This document shows, piece by piece, positions 18,260-27,800 of a DNA stretch of 64,000 bases (the first letter of the stretch is position 1; each line of letters opens with the position of its first letter). The notes under the pieces are model-generated. The model was not told the origin of the DNA. It did not search any database and saw only the letters and a program-made list of their open reading frames with translations. The translations under genes were made by a program, and so were the position numbers. Where the stretch lies: the IMG/VR virus record IMGVR_UViG_3300021467_000082. The stretch is one strand, 5' to 3'. The DNA comes from a virus. Its lineage: Duplodnaviria; Heunggongvirae; Uroviricota; Caudoviricetes.

Positions 18260-19418
18260 CGACTAGCCTCCAATTATACTTTAGATTAGCACTAAATTTT
18301 TTCTTACCGGTGACATTCAAAATTGCGTATTTATAATAATTCAAAATAGCTAATTTCTCCTCTTTATATTTCAACATTTTGGTCAAATCATTTACAATAT
18401 TGTTTATCATAGCAACAGCACCGTCTATCTTCTCAGATACTATTGCTTTTTTAACCTCTCCTTTATCTGGAATCGATGGATAAATCATTCTGATATCGTC
18501 ATAGTTGAACTTAAGCTCATTATTAAAATTATCACTGACATACGCTAAACGACTTAACAAATCATTCATCACTATTTTAGATATCGATAAAATTCCATGA
18601 GTATAAATAGGATGTCTTAGTAAATGTCCACCAGGTACTCTATATTCTAATGTCATTTGATCCCACCTATAATCTCCTGGTTTACCATATCTACTAAATC
18701 TTTCTGACCTTCGTACATAATCATCATTACCTTCCGGTAAAATAGCTGATACACCAACATAATAATCTAAAATATCAACTATAAAATCCAACCAATTCAA
18801 TTTTGAAGCACGTAATATTTTCTTTGGCAAACCAAAATGAATATGAAAACCAGCAGACATATTATTACAATGGGATGAACCCAACATAACAATGTCATGT
18901 TTTTTTAATATACCTCTACCAATAATATGGTTATAGACTTTCCTTAATAATACATTTATATGAGCTGTCACTTTTATAGGATTGCTAGACGGCATTGGCC
19001 TCAATTCTGCTAGTCCACAATCATTTCCTATTTCTCCATAATGAGGGAAGAAATGACTAGCTGGAATAGCAAATCCAGTTCTACCATCTACCAAATGAAA
19101 TTCTGGATCACATCCCAACATTACATCGCTAGCAGGAGCGACTGAAATAATTTTATTTCTTCTTAATAAATTATATGTATTACTGCTAACATATGCAACC
19201 TCGCTACCTCTTTCAACATCTTCCTTATACGCAATGCTAACCTGAAGTGCTATAGTATTAATCGCAGTTTTTATATCTAAAAAAAGCCCGGTCATAAGAC
19301 CGAGCTTTTCTCTATATACTTGAGGTATTCTAATTAACCTATCTTCAACTGAACCTAATGGAGATTGTTTTGTATCCATTAAACTCGACGGTCTTATTCT
19401 TAGTTTCATAAGCACCAA
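18222..19418 (-). CDS. amidoligase paralog B
   Basis: GCDPEFHLVD, CGLAELRPMP, GFHIHFGLP. Confidence 0.6.
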   Translation of the reverse strand: MVLMKLRIRPSSLMDTKQSPLGSVEDRLIRIPQVYREKLGLMTGLFLDIKTAINTIALQVSIAYKEDVERGSEVAYVSSNTYNLLRRNKIISVAPASDVMLGCDPEFHLVDGRTGFAIPASHFFPHYGEIGNDCGLAELRPMPSSNPIKVTAHINVLLRKVYNHIIGRGILKKHDIVMLGSSHCNNMSAGFHIHFGLPKKILRASKLNWLDFIVDILDYYVGVSAILPEGNDDYVRRSERFSRYGKPGDYRWDQMTLEYRVPGGHLLRHPIYTHGILSISKIVMNDLLSRLAYVSDNFNNELKFNYDDIRMIYPSIPDKGEVKKAIVSEKIDGAVAMINNIVNDLTKMLKYKEEKLAILNYYKYAILNVTGKKKFSANLKYNWRLVDERQQKQMEIHN

Positions 19419-19435
19419 CTCCTTTAATAAACATT

Positions 19436-21238
19436 TTACGCCTCCTCTATCATTGCTCCCATTTTATTATAAACTTCAACTCTATGCCAAAACTGAGCTC
19501 TCAAAATACCTATGTTCTCATCTACATAATCATATAGGATGGCTTCATCCTTACCCTCAGCCTTTCTTTGTATACGACCAAGAGCTTGTTCTGTAAATGT
19601 CTTATTTTTAAATGGCAACACCAAAAAGCCTCGGTTTAGCTTTGGGACATCAAAACCTTCGCCCAACAAATGAAACGTTGTAACTAGTACTGTTATCTCG
19701 TCATTTTCCAATCTAAGTACTTGTTCTTCATTATAGGTTTTAGAATAATCGCCAGTAGCCAATCCAGTTTTTGGCCATTTATCTTTTATTTTTCTATACA
19801 ACTCTTCACAATAATTCTTTCTTACTGATATTACTAGACAATAATTTCCTTTTCTCGCTTCAGCAATAATATCATCTATAATTCGATTGGTCCTTGCTTC
19901 ACTTTCTGTTATTGCTTGTATAGCGCGGCTATAATTATTGCCTATGTATGTTGCGTAATCCAAAGGGACTTTCTTAATGACTGTCTTATCAACAAGATTC
20001 ACGCCTGCCACTTCCCTTGGGATATGCGCAGTAATATCTCCAATAGAAGCATACATTAGATCTTCTAACCCATCTCTTCTATTTGGAGTTGCGGTCAATC
20101 CATATAAATAATAACTTGAAAAATTAGAAATCACCTCCGTAAATGTTTTACTAGGCGTATGATGACAGTTCGAACTTAATATACCATTAGCAATGAATAA
20201 ATGTTCAGTAGTGGTAAAGTCATATACTGTAGTTGGTTTATTATTTACTATTTTTCCTAAAACTGGCATGCATTTGTAATATCTACCATTATAGTTTATA
20301 TCTATACCATCATTAGTAAATTGTACGTCTACTAATAGTAAATCTCCCTCCTTTATATTACTCATAGTTCCAAATGTAACCGTTTTTATATTGATGTTTT
20401 CCATTGGAACATATGGCAATTTATGAGTTGGAGTGCCCTCTAATATACCAAAGCCACCTTGTAAAATAACCGTTTTATCTGTTTTTCTAGCAAACTTGTT
20501 TGTTACTCGACCGAATGGTGTTATATCACCGTCTTTTATATCTTCTATATTTTTTACTGAACCATCAAGCATCAAAATCTTAGTTCCAGCAACTAAACAT
20601 TCATCAACTATCACTAACCCAAATTTACGGCCTAATTCGGGTAGATATTCTCTGCGCCTAATCAGAGTTTGAACTAACGCAATCGTTATCTTGTCGCCCA
20701 GTTCAACCTCTCCACCGCCAATAAAACCTATCTTGCCGATATTTTCTAAGAACATGTTGATACGATCCATAACCTGATTAGCAAGCCTGTTGGTATGAGT
20801 TATCCACAGCATGGGCTGGAATAAAGAAGCAAATAGGTAAAGAGCCATTACTGTCTTGCCACTTCCTGGCGGCGCTAACAGTATACCATTAGGATGTTTC
20901 AATAAATTCCTTTTTGCTGCCTTTTGGTACAGAAACGGTTTAATTTTACTTTCTACTGTTATCGGCGGTAATAATATTCTGTTGTCTATTATTTCTAAAG
21001 GCACTTGTTTATATATAAGACCCTTTTCGATGACCTGTAAATACCCTCTTGGAATAATTATGCCCCCTGGCGTAGTTTGAGCCATGTAAATAAATTCGGG
21101 TATGTTGCCAACATATCGTCCATATTTAATGGCTTCATCAAATACTGGATTCCTAAATGTTAAAGCAGTAAGAAGCCAGTCTCTGAGCTCTTTGGGAACA
21201 TCTAATAATGTAATATGGTGATCAATTATTAATTTCAT
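19436..21238 (-). CDS. SF2 DNA/RNA helicase (motif I APPGSGKT, II DE-CHH, III GLTATPNRRDG) carrying a mini-intein in motif II
   Basis: Helicase motifs present; VIVDE|C...SSN|CHHTP architecture. Confidence 0.85.
   Translation of the reverse strand: MKLIIDHHITLLDVPKELRDWLLTALTFRNPVFDEAIKYGRYVGNIPEFIYMAQTTPGGIIIPRGYLQVIEKGLIYKQVPLEIIDNRILLPPITVESKIKPFLYQKAAKRNLLKHPNGILLAPPGSGKTVMALYLFASLFQPMLWITHTNRLANQVMDRINMFLENIGKIGFIGGGEVELGDKITIALVQTLIRRREYLPELGRKFGLVIVDECLVAGTKILMLDGSVKNIEDIKDGDITPFGRVTNKFARKTDKTVILQGGFGILEGTPTHKLPYVPMENINIKTVTFGTMSNIKEGDLLLVDVQFTNDGIDINYNGRYYKCMPVLGKIVNNKPTTVYDFTTTEHLFIANGILSSNCHHTPSKTFTEVISNFSSYYLYGLTATPNRRDGLEDLMYASIGDITAHIPREVAGVNLVDKTVIKKVPLDYATYIGNNYSRAIQAITESEARTNRIIDDIIAEARKGNYCLVISVRKNYCEELYRKIKDKWPKTGLATGDYSKTYNEEQVLRLENDEITVLVTTFHLLGEGFDVPKLNRGFLVLPFKNKTFTEQALGRIQRKAEGKDEAILYDYVDENIGILRAQFWHRVEVYNKMGAMIEEA
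20168..20599 (-). mobile_element. mini-intein (144 aa, residues C214-N357) inserted in helicase motif II DECHH; no homing-endonuclease domain seen
   Basis: N-terminal CLVAGTKILMLDG (Cys1 block A), C-terminal FIANGILSSN followed by the +1 Cys; the host motif reconstitutes as VIVDECHH. Confidence 0.8.
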
Positions 21239-21253
21239 AGGTACACCCTGCCA

Positions 21254-21946
21254 TCACAGGTCTAAAATCATTTCTAACTCTTTCTTCCACTCCTCATTAT
21301 CGTTGAAGAAACATGTAGTCGTAATTTTTTTATCTTTTTCATCTACTTTCTTACTTGAACTATATACAATGATTTCTCTTTTCACAGCCGTATCCGTAGC
21401 TTTTTCTTCATCCTTGCTGAACGGCATGCCTTTTTTAACTTTCTTAATTGCGCTCTTTATTCTTCTCCTAATACTTTTACGATCTTTTGGTCTTAATCTT
21501 CGTTGTAATTCTGGTAAATCAGATAAATCATAATCTATACCAATTAATCCAGGATTAATTCCAGAGTATGTTTCATAAATATGAGCTCTCGATTCTGCAT
21601 CAAGCTTTTCATTATTTTGGTTAAGAAAAGCCTCATAGCACACTATTTGATTCTTAGTAGGCAAACAGGATTCAGTGCGATGTTTACATATATCTCGACA
21701 TACAATAGCAGAAAAAGCTGAAAATGACCTCAACATAAATAACCTGTCATCAGCCAATTTCTCTAACACTAATATATAAAATAAAAACTCAGTAAATTTT
21801 TTCTCGTTACTCGTAAATAATAACCTACAGAATTCATTCTGAACCACAGTATTACATAATTTACATACATTGCGGCATATATGCTCTTTGAATAATTTTG
21901 ATTGCCCGCTTTCACTCATTTTTATTTCTTGCTGTTGTGATTGCAT
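21254..21946 (-). CDS. hypothetical protein
   Basis: ORF track, 230 aa. Confidence 0.5.
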   Translation of the reverse strand: MQSQQQEIKMSESGQSKLFKEHICRNVCKLCNTVVQNEFCRLLFTSNEKKFTEFLFYILVLEKLADDRLFMLRSFSAFSAIVCRDICKHRTESCLPTKNQIVCYEAFLNQNNEKLDAESRAHIYETYSGINPGLIGIDYDLSDLPELQRRLRPKDRKSIRRRIKSAIKKVKKGMPFSKDEEKATDTAVKREIIVYSSSKKVDEKDKKITTTCFFNDNEEWKKELEMILDL

Positions 21947-22400
21947 CTTTAAAAACCTCTTTCACAGTTTTGCCATCAGGCAATTTCCAAAAAGTCCACC
22001 CGCTTCTACGAACACCACTTACAGCTTCAGCGGCAGCAGATAGACTCTCATATCTTTTGTCTCCTATCCAGAATGCTCCATCTTTAACTTGGAGAAAATA
22101 ATTCAATCCCTTGGTAGTTCCATACAAAACTGTGCCTTCAGGAATTTCGGCCTTTCTTTCATTCTTTTTCTGCTCTATCAATTCTGCGATAATCCTATCA
22201 TGTTCTTTGTTCAAATCATCTCTCAATTCTTTTACCATTCTGAATAAATTATCCAAACCACTAGTCAAATGAAATATTCTTTGTTCAAGCTCCGATATTT
22301 TATCAGCTTTAGGCTCCTCTTCCACCTCAACTATTTCTTCTGGCTCAGCATCTAAAGCCACACATTTCAACTTATCTAATTTCATTTCTGGCATGTTCAA
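21912..22400 (-). CDS. hypothetical coiled-coil protein
   Basis: ORF track, 162 aa. Confidence 0.4.
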   Translation of the reverse strand: MNMPEMKLDKLKCVALDAEPEEIVEVEEEPKADKISELEQRIFHLTSGLDNLFRMVKELRDDLNKEHDRIIAELIEQKKNERKAEIPEGTVLYGTTKGLNYFLQVKDGAFWIGDKRYESLSAAAEAVSGVRRSGWTFWKLPDGKTVKEVFKDAITTARNKNE

Positions 22401-22965
22401 AACCCTCCATAATACTTTTTAATCTATCAAATGAAACCGGGTAAAAATCGTTATTATCTACTCCAACATCATATTGGAGTCCTTCTGGCCTCAATCTGCC
22501 ATGTGAGTGTCCATGTACTTGCCAACTTCCATAATGTGACATAGGCCATACCCTCATAGCCCAATGACATGCTATTATAAATTGATCTCTATACTTCCTC
22601 ACCTCCAAATACTCTAAATCTTTATAAATACGTTTAATAGGTGAGTCGTGATCCCCTTTTATAAAAACATGGGTCCCATTTAACTCATTAATTATTTCCT
22701 TGGTGACTCTTTTAGAGGCAAATGAGAAATCTCCAACATGAACCACTATATCTCCATTTGAGACTAGTTCATTATGCCTCCTAATCAATTCTTCAGTCAT
22801 TTCGTCTAAACTCTTAAATGGCCTATTAGAATACTTTATAATATTTTTATGATAATAATGCTCATCAGCAGTATAAAATAACATATCTGCCTCCTTACAA
22901 TTAAAAGTGGGCGCTAGGAAAATGGCTGAAAACCCGGCGCCCACATAGAGGAGGTACGTTCCCAT
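22372..22965 (-). CDS. calcineurin-like metallophosphoesterase
   Basis: VHVGDFSF, GDHD, GHSHG motifs. Confidence 0.75.
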   Translation of the reverse strand: MGTYLLYVGAGFSAIFLAPTFNCKEADMLFYTADEHYYHKNIIKYSNRPFKSLDEMTEELIRRHNELVSNGDIVVHVGDFSFASKRVTKEIINELNGTHVFIKGDHDSPIKRIYKDLEYLEVRKYRDQFIIACHWAMRVWPMSHYGSWQVHGHSHGRLRPEGLQYDVGVDNNDFYPVSFDRLKSIMEGFEHARNEIR

Positions 22966-23336
22966 TACATCGGGAAGCCTTGCTGGCTAGACTGAGGCTG
23001 CTGCGCTTCTTGCTTAGGAACGTATCCTAGTGATAATGAAATTAGCTTGAAAGCATGCTTCAAGTTTCCAGAAGCATCCTTCCAATTTTTATACTGACAT
23101 TCCAACAGCAATTCATGGCCTGGTCTAACATACTGTTCTACAACACCGGCCTGTTTACCTTGAGTATAGACAGTAATTTCCATGGGTCTGTTTGTCCACT
23201 GTCCATCAGATTGCTGTACTCTATCGTTAACGGTAAAATTTATGACGGCCTGTTTATTACCATTAGCATCAGTCGAAATTTGCGGTTGGCCATTAACTTT
23301 ACCTACAAAAATACATCTGTTATAATCCATAATCAA
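22965..23336 (-). CDS. single-stranded DNA-binding protein (OB fold), no canonical acidic tip
   Basis: Pattern IFVGKVNGQPQ...AVINFTV...MEITVYTQGKQAGVVEQYVRPGHELLLECQYKNW matches the bacterial SSB OB core. Confidence 0.65.
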   Translation of the reverse strand: MIMDYNRCIFVGKVNGQPQISTDANGNKQAVINFTVNDRVQQSDGQWTNRPMEITVYTQGKQAGVVEQYVRPGHELLLECQYKNWKDASGNLKHAFKLISLSLGYVPKQEAQQPQSSQQGFPM

Positions 23337-23368
23337 TCTCCTTTCATTCTATTTAAATCATTTCATTA

Positions 23369-24871
23369 TTAGATTTCTTCACCAGTTCTTGGATCTATAA
23401 TTATATATTTCTCCAATGTCCTATCCATCACCGCAATAGGAGATAAATCCTCTCCGGAGAAAATACTTGCTAGAATTGATGGGCTAAACCCAGACACCAA
23501 AGCTGTTTTCGTCTTATAAGCTAATGCTGGTGAACCAGCATAACCAGCTGTATTCCAATAGACTATCTTTGGAGGAATATAGCCAGCTTCTTCAAATTTC
23601 GCTAAACACCTCTCGACCGGTGTACGCCCTTTTTCAATTCTAACAGGGACGTATGCAGCAGCCGTGAATTGCATATCAGATATTATTAATAGTGTAGTAG
23701 GCATTTGTTCTTGTTTCAAATTGAAAAATTTGGCGACTTTCAATATGGACATTAATGCTTTATCAATTCTAGTAGCTCCAACCGCGCCATCAAAAATCGC
23801 TTCATTTCTCACCGCTTGTGCGAATGTCATGCCTGACCAATCTTTAAACTCACTTTCACTACAGAAAGCTATGAATTTTCTATAAAATGGATTATCTTTG
23901 CCGATTTTATCTGAACAATATAGTGCCATGCCAATGGAAACATGTACCGCTTCTACAGACCCACCAATTATAGATCCCATTGATGCCGACGTATCTGCTA
24001 TGACAATTATCTTTTCATTGGTGCCCTCTAAAAAATTTGGTAACGCTTCAAATTGGGCATTAGCTATTTCATCATCACCGTGCATAACAGTCCTTACACA
24101 ATCATGCGGAAATAGCGCATCAGAATGTACTTTTGCCTCACCCTTTACAAGCGCTTCTTTGTATTTCTCAAATCTTTCAGCATCATGTCTATTAAAAGCG
24201 TTGGTATAACGTGCCATTGCTACAGAAGGCACGGTTTCATAATTTATTTCTTTCCACATGTTATGGCACATTTTGTGCTCAACTATATGGTCCTTTCTTA
24301 TATCGGCCAAGAACCGTCTAAAATTCGCTATTGTCATTCCCAAGGCCTTTCTAAGTGGAGCATACTCTCGTTTTGCCCATTTCGCAGCTAATACCGTTTT
24401 AGATTTCAAAGCGTTGGCCCATAATTCTACCGCAGCCCTTTCTGCTTTTGTATTAAATAATGCTTTAAGATCGTCCCATCTACCAACAACAGGCAACCAT
24501 CCGATATTCGCAGTAATCCATTCTGGTGCATTATCTCCTAACCAGTTATAAATGGACCTGGCTCCGCTGCGATTGCCAGCCCCTCCTCTACAATCGCGTA
24601 GCCACAACAATAGTTTCATTGATGTCACAGGATCTACTACCCATACTTTTTGGAATAATCCCAAAGCAGATTCTTCTTGGCCATAAAAACTTCGTCTGTT
24701 TTCGAATAAAGACCCAGCTTTACTGAAAAATTCTATTGCGTGATCCATACTAAATTCATACTGCAAAGCACCTTCGTTTGTCCTTTTCATATTAAATCCT
24801 CCTTTCAGGCTGATATTTTGGAGGCCAGCTGTTGGTTTGCTGTAATCAGCCTTTCCATAATTATAGCACAA
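23369..24871 (-). CDS. vWA-domain protein with a long N-terminal helical domain; possibly TROVE/Ro60-like
   Basis: C-terminal MIDAS IIVIADTSASMGS with a classic vWA fold; size and architecture (about 300-aa N-domain plus vWA) fit Ro60/Rsr; RNA-repair genes nearby. Confidence 0.55.
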   Translation of the reverse strand: MCYNYGKADYSKPTAGLQNISLKGGFNMKRTNEGALQYEFSMDHAIEFFSKAGSLFENRRSFYGQEESALGLFQKVWVVDPVTSMKLLLWLRDCRGGAGNRSGARSIYNWLGDNAPEWITANIGWLPVVGRWDDLKALFNTKAERAAVELWANALKSKTVLAAKWAKREYAPLRKALGMTIANFRRFLADIRKDHIVEHKMCHNMWKEINYETVPSVAMARYTNAFNRHDAERFEKYKEALVKGEAKVHSDALFPHDCVRTVMHGDDEIANAQFEALPNFLEGTNEKIIVIADTSASMGSIIGGSVEAVHVSIGMALYCSDKIGKDNPFYRKFIAFCSESEFKDWSGMTFAQAVRNEAIFDGAVGATRIDKALMSILKVAKFFNLKQEQMPTTLLIISDMQFTAAAYVPVRIEKGRTPVERCLAKFEEAGYIPPKIVYWNTAGYAGSPALAYKTKTALVSGFSPSILASIFSGEDLSPIAVMDRTLEKYIIIDPRTGEEI

Positions 24872-24895
24872 AAATCAACTTTTGTTAACTTATTT

Positions 24896-27800
24896 TTAAC
24901 ATCCTATTGCATTTTGTTGATTTGGAACAACCAGTTTATCAATATAATCGGATAACAATCTATACACATCTCTCATTTTCGTCGTTGTTAGAATATCCTT
25001 AACCTTCATCTTCTCGGCTTTGAGCCGCTCTAGCTTGTCTTCTATACTCTCAGTTTGTGTTTGCAGCAATCTTTTCAACATAAAGCTTGGCAGATCAGCT
25101 GCGCTGTCTTGCAGATGATCCAACAATCCAAATGGGCCAAGGCTAGCTCTAGTTGCAAAATAAATTCTATTTCTTTTTCTCACTATGAAGTTAATTATTT
25201 TACTTCCTCCTCTGGCCTTTGCTCTAGCATGAAATTCTTTTAGATTCTGTATACCCAGCTTTGCCGCTTCAGATTTAATCAAATTACACAACAACTCGCT
25301 AGGACGCCTGTCAAATCCCAGACTGACCATGGCATCTACGTCAGCTACACATATTGCATCAGTAGCTTCTTCTTGCAGAGATTTGATTCCATGCTTCTGC
25401 TTAAAAACAGTATTGCCAAGAAAATCCAGCAACAGCTCTAGATGAGCATGTTCTTCAGTTTCAGAATATGGTACATTTCTTTCTACTATTCTCATTAGAT
25501 TATATGCCAACGCAATTACTGGTCCAGTATGACTTTTAACACCAGTTGCTTTTCGTACCAACTCTGCATGTTCTTCATTAGTCGGTTTTGGAAAATAGCA
25601 TATATTGAAATCATCAAACGTCATTTCCTGTATCCTTGGAACTTTCTTACTATTCATTTTATTTATAGCATCAATACATACTTTATTTGGATTATGAAAC
25701 TCCTTTCTCAAAGCTTCTCTTGCCTCTGCAGTATGAAACGATGCCAAGAACAAAGTATCTCCATCAAAATCTAAACTTAAACTTACCAGACTATTTCCAC
25801 TTACTCGAATAACATATCTACACAGTGGATCATCGGTTATTTGCACTTTCTGGGGCCTAATAGACATAAATCCCAAGCAGGGAAATCTTTCTACCAATAC
25901 AATATCCCCAGTCTTCACGTTCAATTGCTGCGCCATATCTCTATGAATCTCAATCGTATTTGGCGGTAGATTATCAGCCAGCGCAGCTACTCCATGCGCA
26001 GAATAAGGATACCTTATAGCCATTCCATATGTGCTCAATTCTCCTCTCTTTGTTCCCATGCTCCTGGCAACTACCCTAAAATACTGCGAAACAGCCCTCA
26101 TAAGTTCATTTTGATTGATTATACTTTTGTCCTCTACAAATTCATGGGTTAGTTGAACAATCCTATTTACCAAAATTCCTACTTGGCTTAGTCCCCACTT
26201 TCCAGATGGATGCCGCCAGCATCTGCGCAGTAGAGCATTTGGAATAAATATTTGATTATATCGATAGACATCATATGTATTTGTATCAACATCATCATCT
26301 GGCAATCCCATAGAAAAATCTTCTTTATCCTGTTTATTAACAACAGCTTGAAAATAACAAGGCAGCCGCATTATAAACCCATCAGCAAAAAATTCTTCAT
26401 CTACAATTGTTCCTTTTATTTCATCAATTGTATGAAGAAAACCTCGGCGCAAATCAACGAATCTAATATCTTCAGCATCAATAATTGGATAGTTAGTGTC
26501 TACTTCTCCTTTAGCAGAATGTAGAATCCTAATTTCGTCTTTAATAATTTCTACTCCTTGTGCATGAGACATTACTTCTTTTATTATAGGGTTGCCAGGA
26601 CCGAACCTAGTTACTAGCGCTTTAATTTCAACATGACTAAATTTCAACCCAGAAGTTCGCAGCTCTCTATTATTCGTAATCCATGCCTTCTTATCGTCCC
26701 ATATTTGATCTTCTGGATCTTTGGTTACGCCCCAAAACATCTTACCTACAACTGCCTGGAATTCTCCACAATATGTTCTAATCATCCAAGAACCATCTTC
26801 TGGAAATCCCTTGGCTTTTAACGCAGCCTTAATTTTACCTTTAGTAACTATATATTCATCGTCTATAACTATTGGATCATCGCCTTCATTCAGATTATTA
26901 GCGAGCATTTCCAATAGTTGGCCAAAATTCTTTCTTTTATTAATAGACGTTCCAGATATGATAACATCGATAGGCACTTCCTCACCGGTTTTTGGATTAA
27001 TGGCTACACCAAGATCCATAAACTTAACAATGCCTTTATTTGCGTGCAGATTGGAAAATTTACTACCGTCTTTCAAAAACCTCTTTCCTTCAACAGTGAT
27101 AATCGTTGCTTTAATTGGCATATTATCCAATTCAACCACAACTCCATTAATGGTCAAGATTTTACCCTCATCACAGCGAAGATCCATTATAACTGGCTTG
27201 CCATCCGGAGAGAAACCTAACTTATCTCCGAATCTTATATTGTCGCCTTCCTCAACTAGGATCTTATCGCCATATATTGTAAACTTCTTATTTACTGTAT
27301 GCGATAGACTCAATAGTCGTTTATCAACCAAAATCTGATCTTCAAAAGTCAAAGGCGTATCCAAAATTGCAGTCGTAAGATTCCAACCCCTTCTTTCAAA
27401 CCCCTTGTCTATAAGTTTCTGCATACTCTTGGTTCTTATCCTAGGCAGCTCATCGCCTTGCATACACAGAGTGGAATATAGATTTCTTTGTGGATTGTGG
27501 AACATTCCAAATGGGGTTATCCTCCGCATATCTAGATCCAGCAGATAATTCTTATCAGCTAATACACCGTCGCTTAAGCCTATTGCAGTCCAGCCAAACT
27601 TTTGATAATATTTTCTATTTTTTTCTACTTGATACTCCAGCCTTTTATTTGGATCTTGAAGTCTATTAAATTCAGGATCTATTATGATGATCCTATGATT
27701 CATGGCCCATGTATTCATGTCAGTTTCATGAATTGGCATTGTATTTACTATTTCATCTATCAATCTCTGAGTACTCATTACCATATAACTGACTTGATTA

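Noticed and set aside
26721-27338. Plus-strand ORFs in the track that overlap long minus-strand genes (for example 205 aa at 26721-27338; 217 aa at 59543-60196; 143 aa at 40444-40875; 135 aa at 52508-52915; 2226-2498; 9392-9764)
   Set aside because: They lie antisense to well-supported genes with recognisable domains, lack Shine-Dalgarno sequences and have low-complexity S/I/L-rich translations. They are shadow ORFs.
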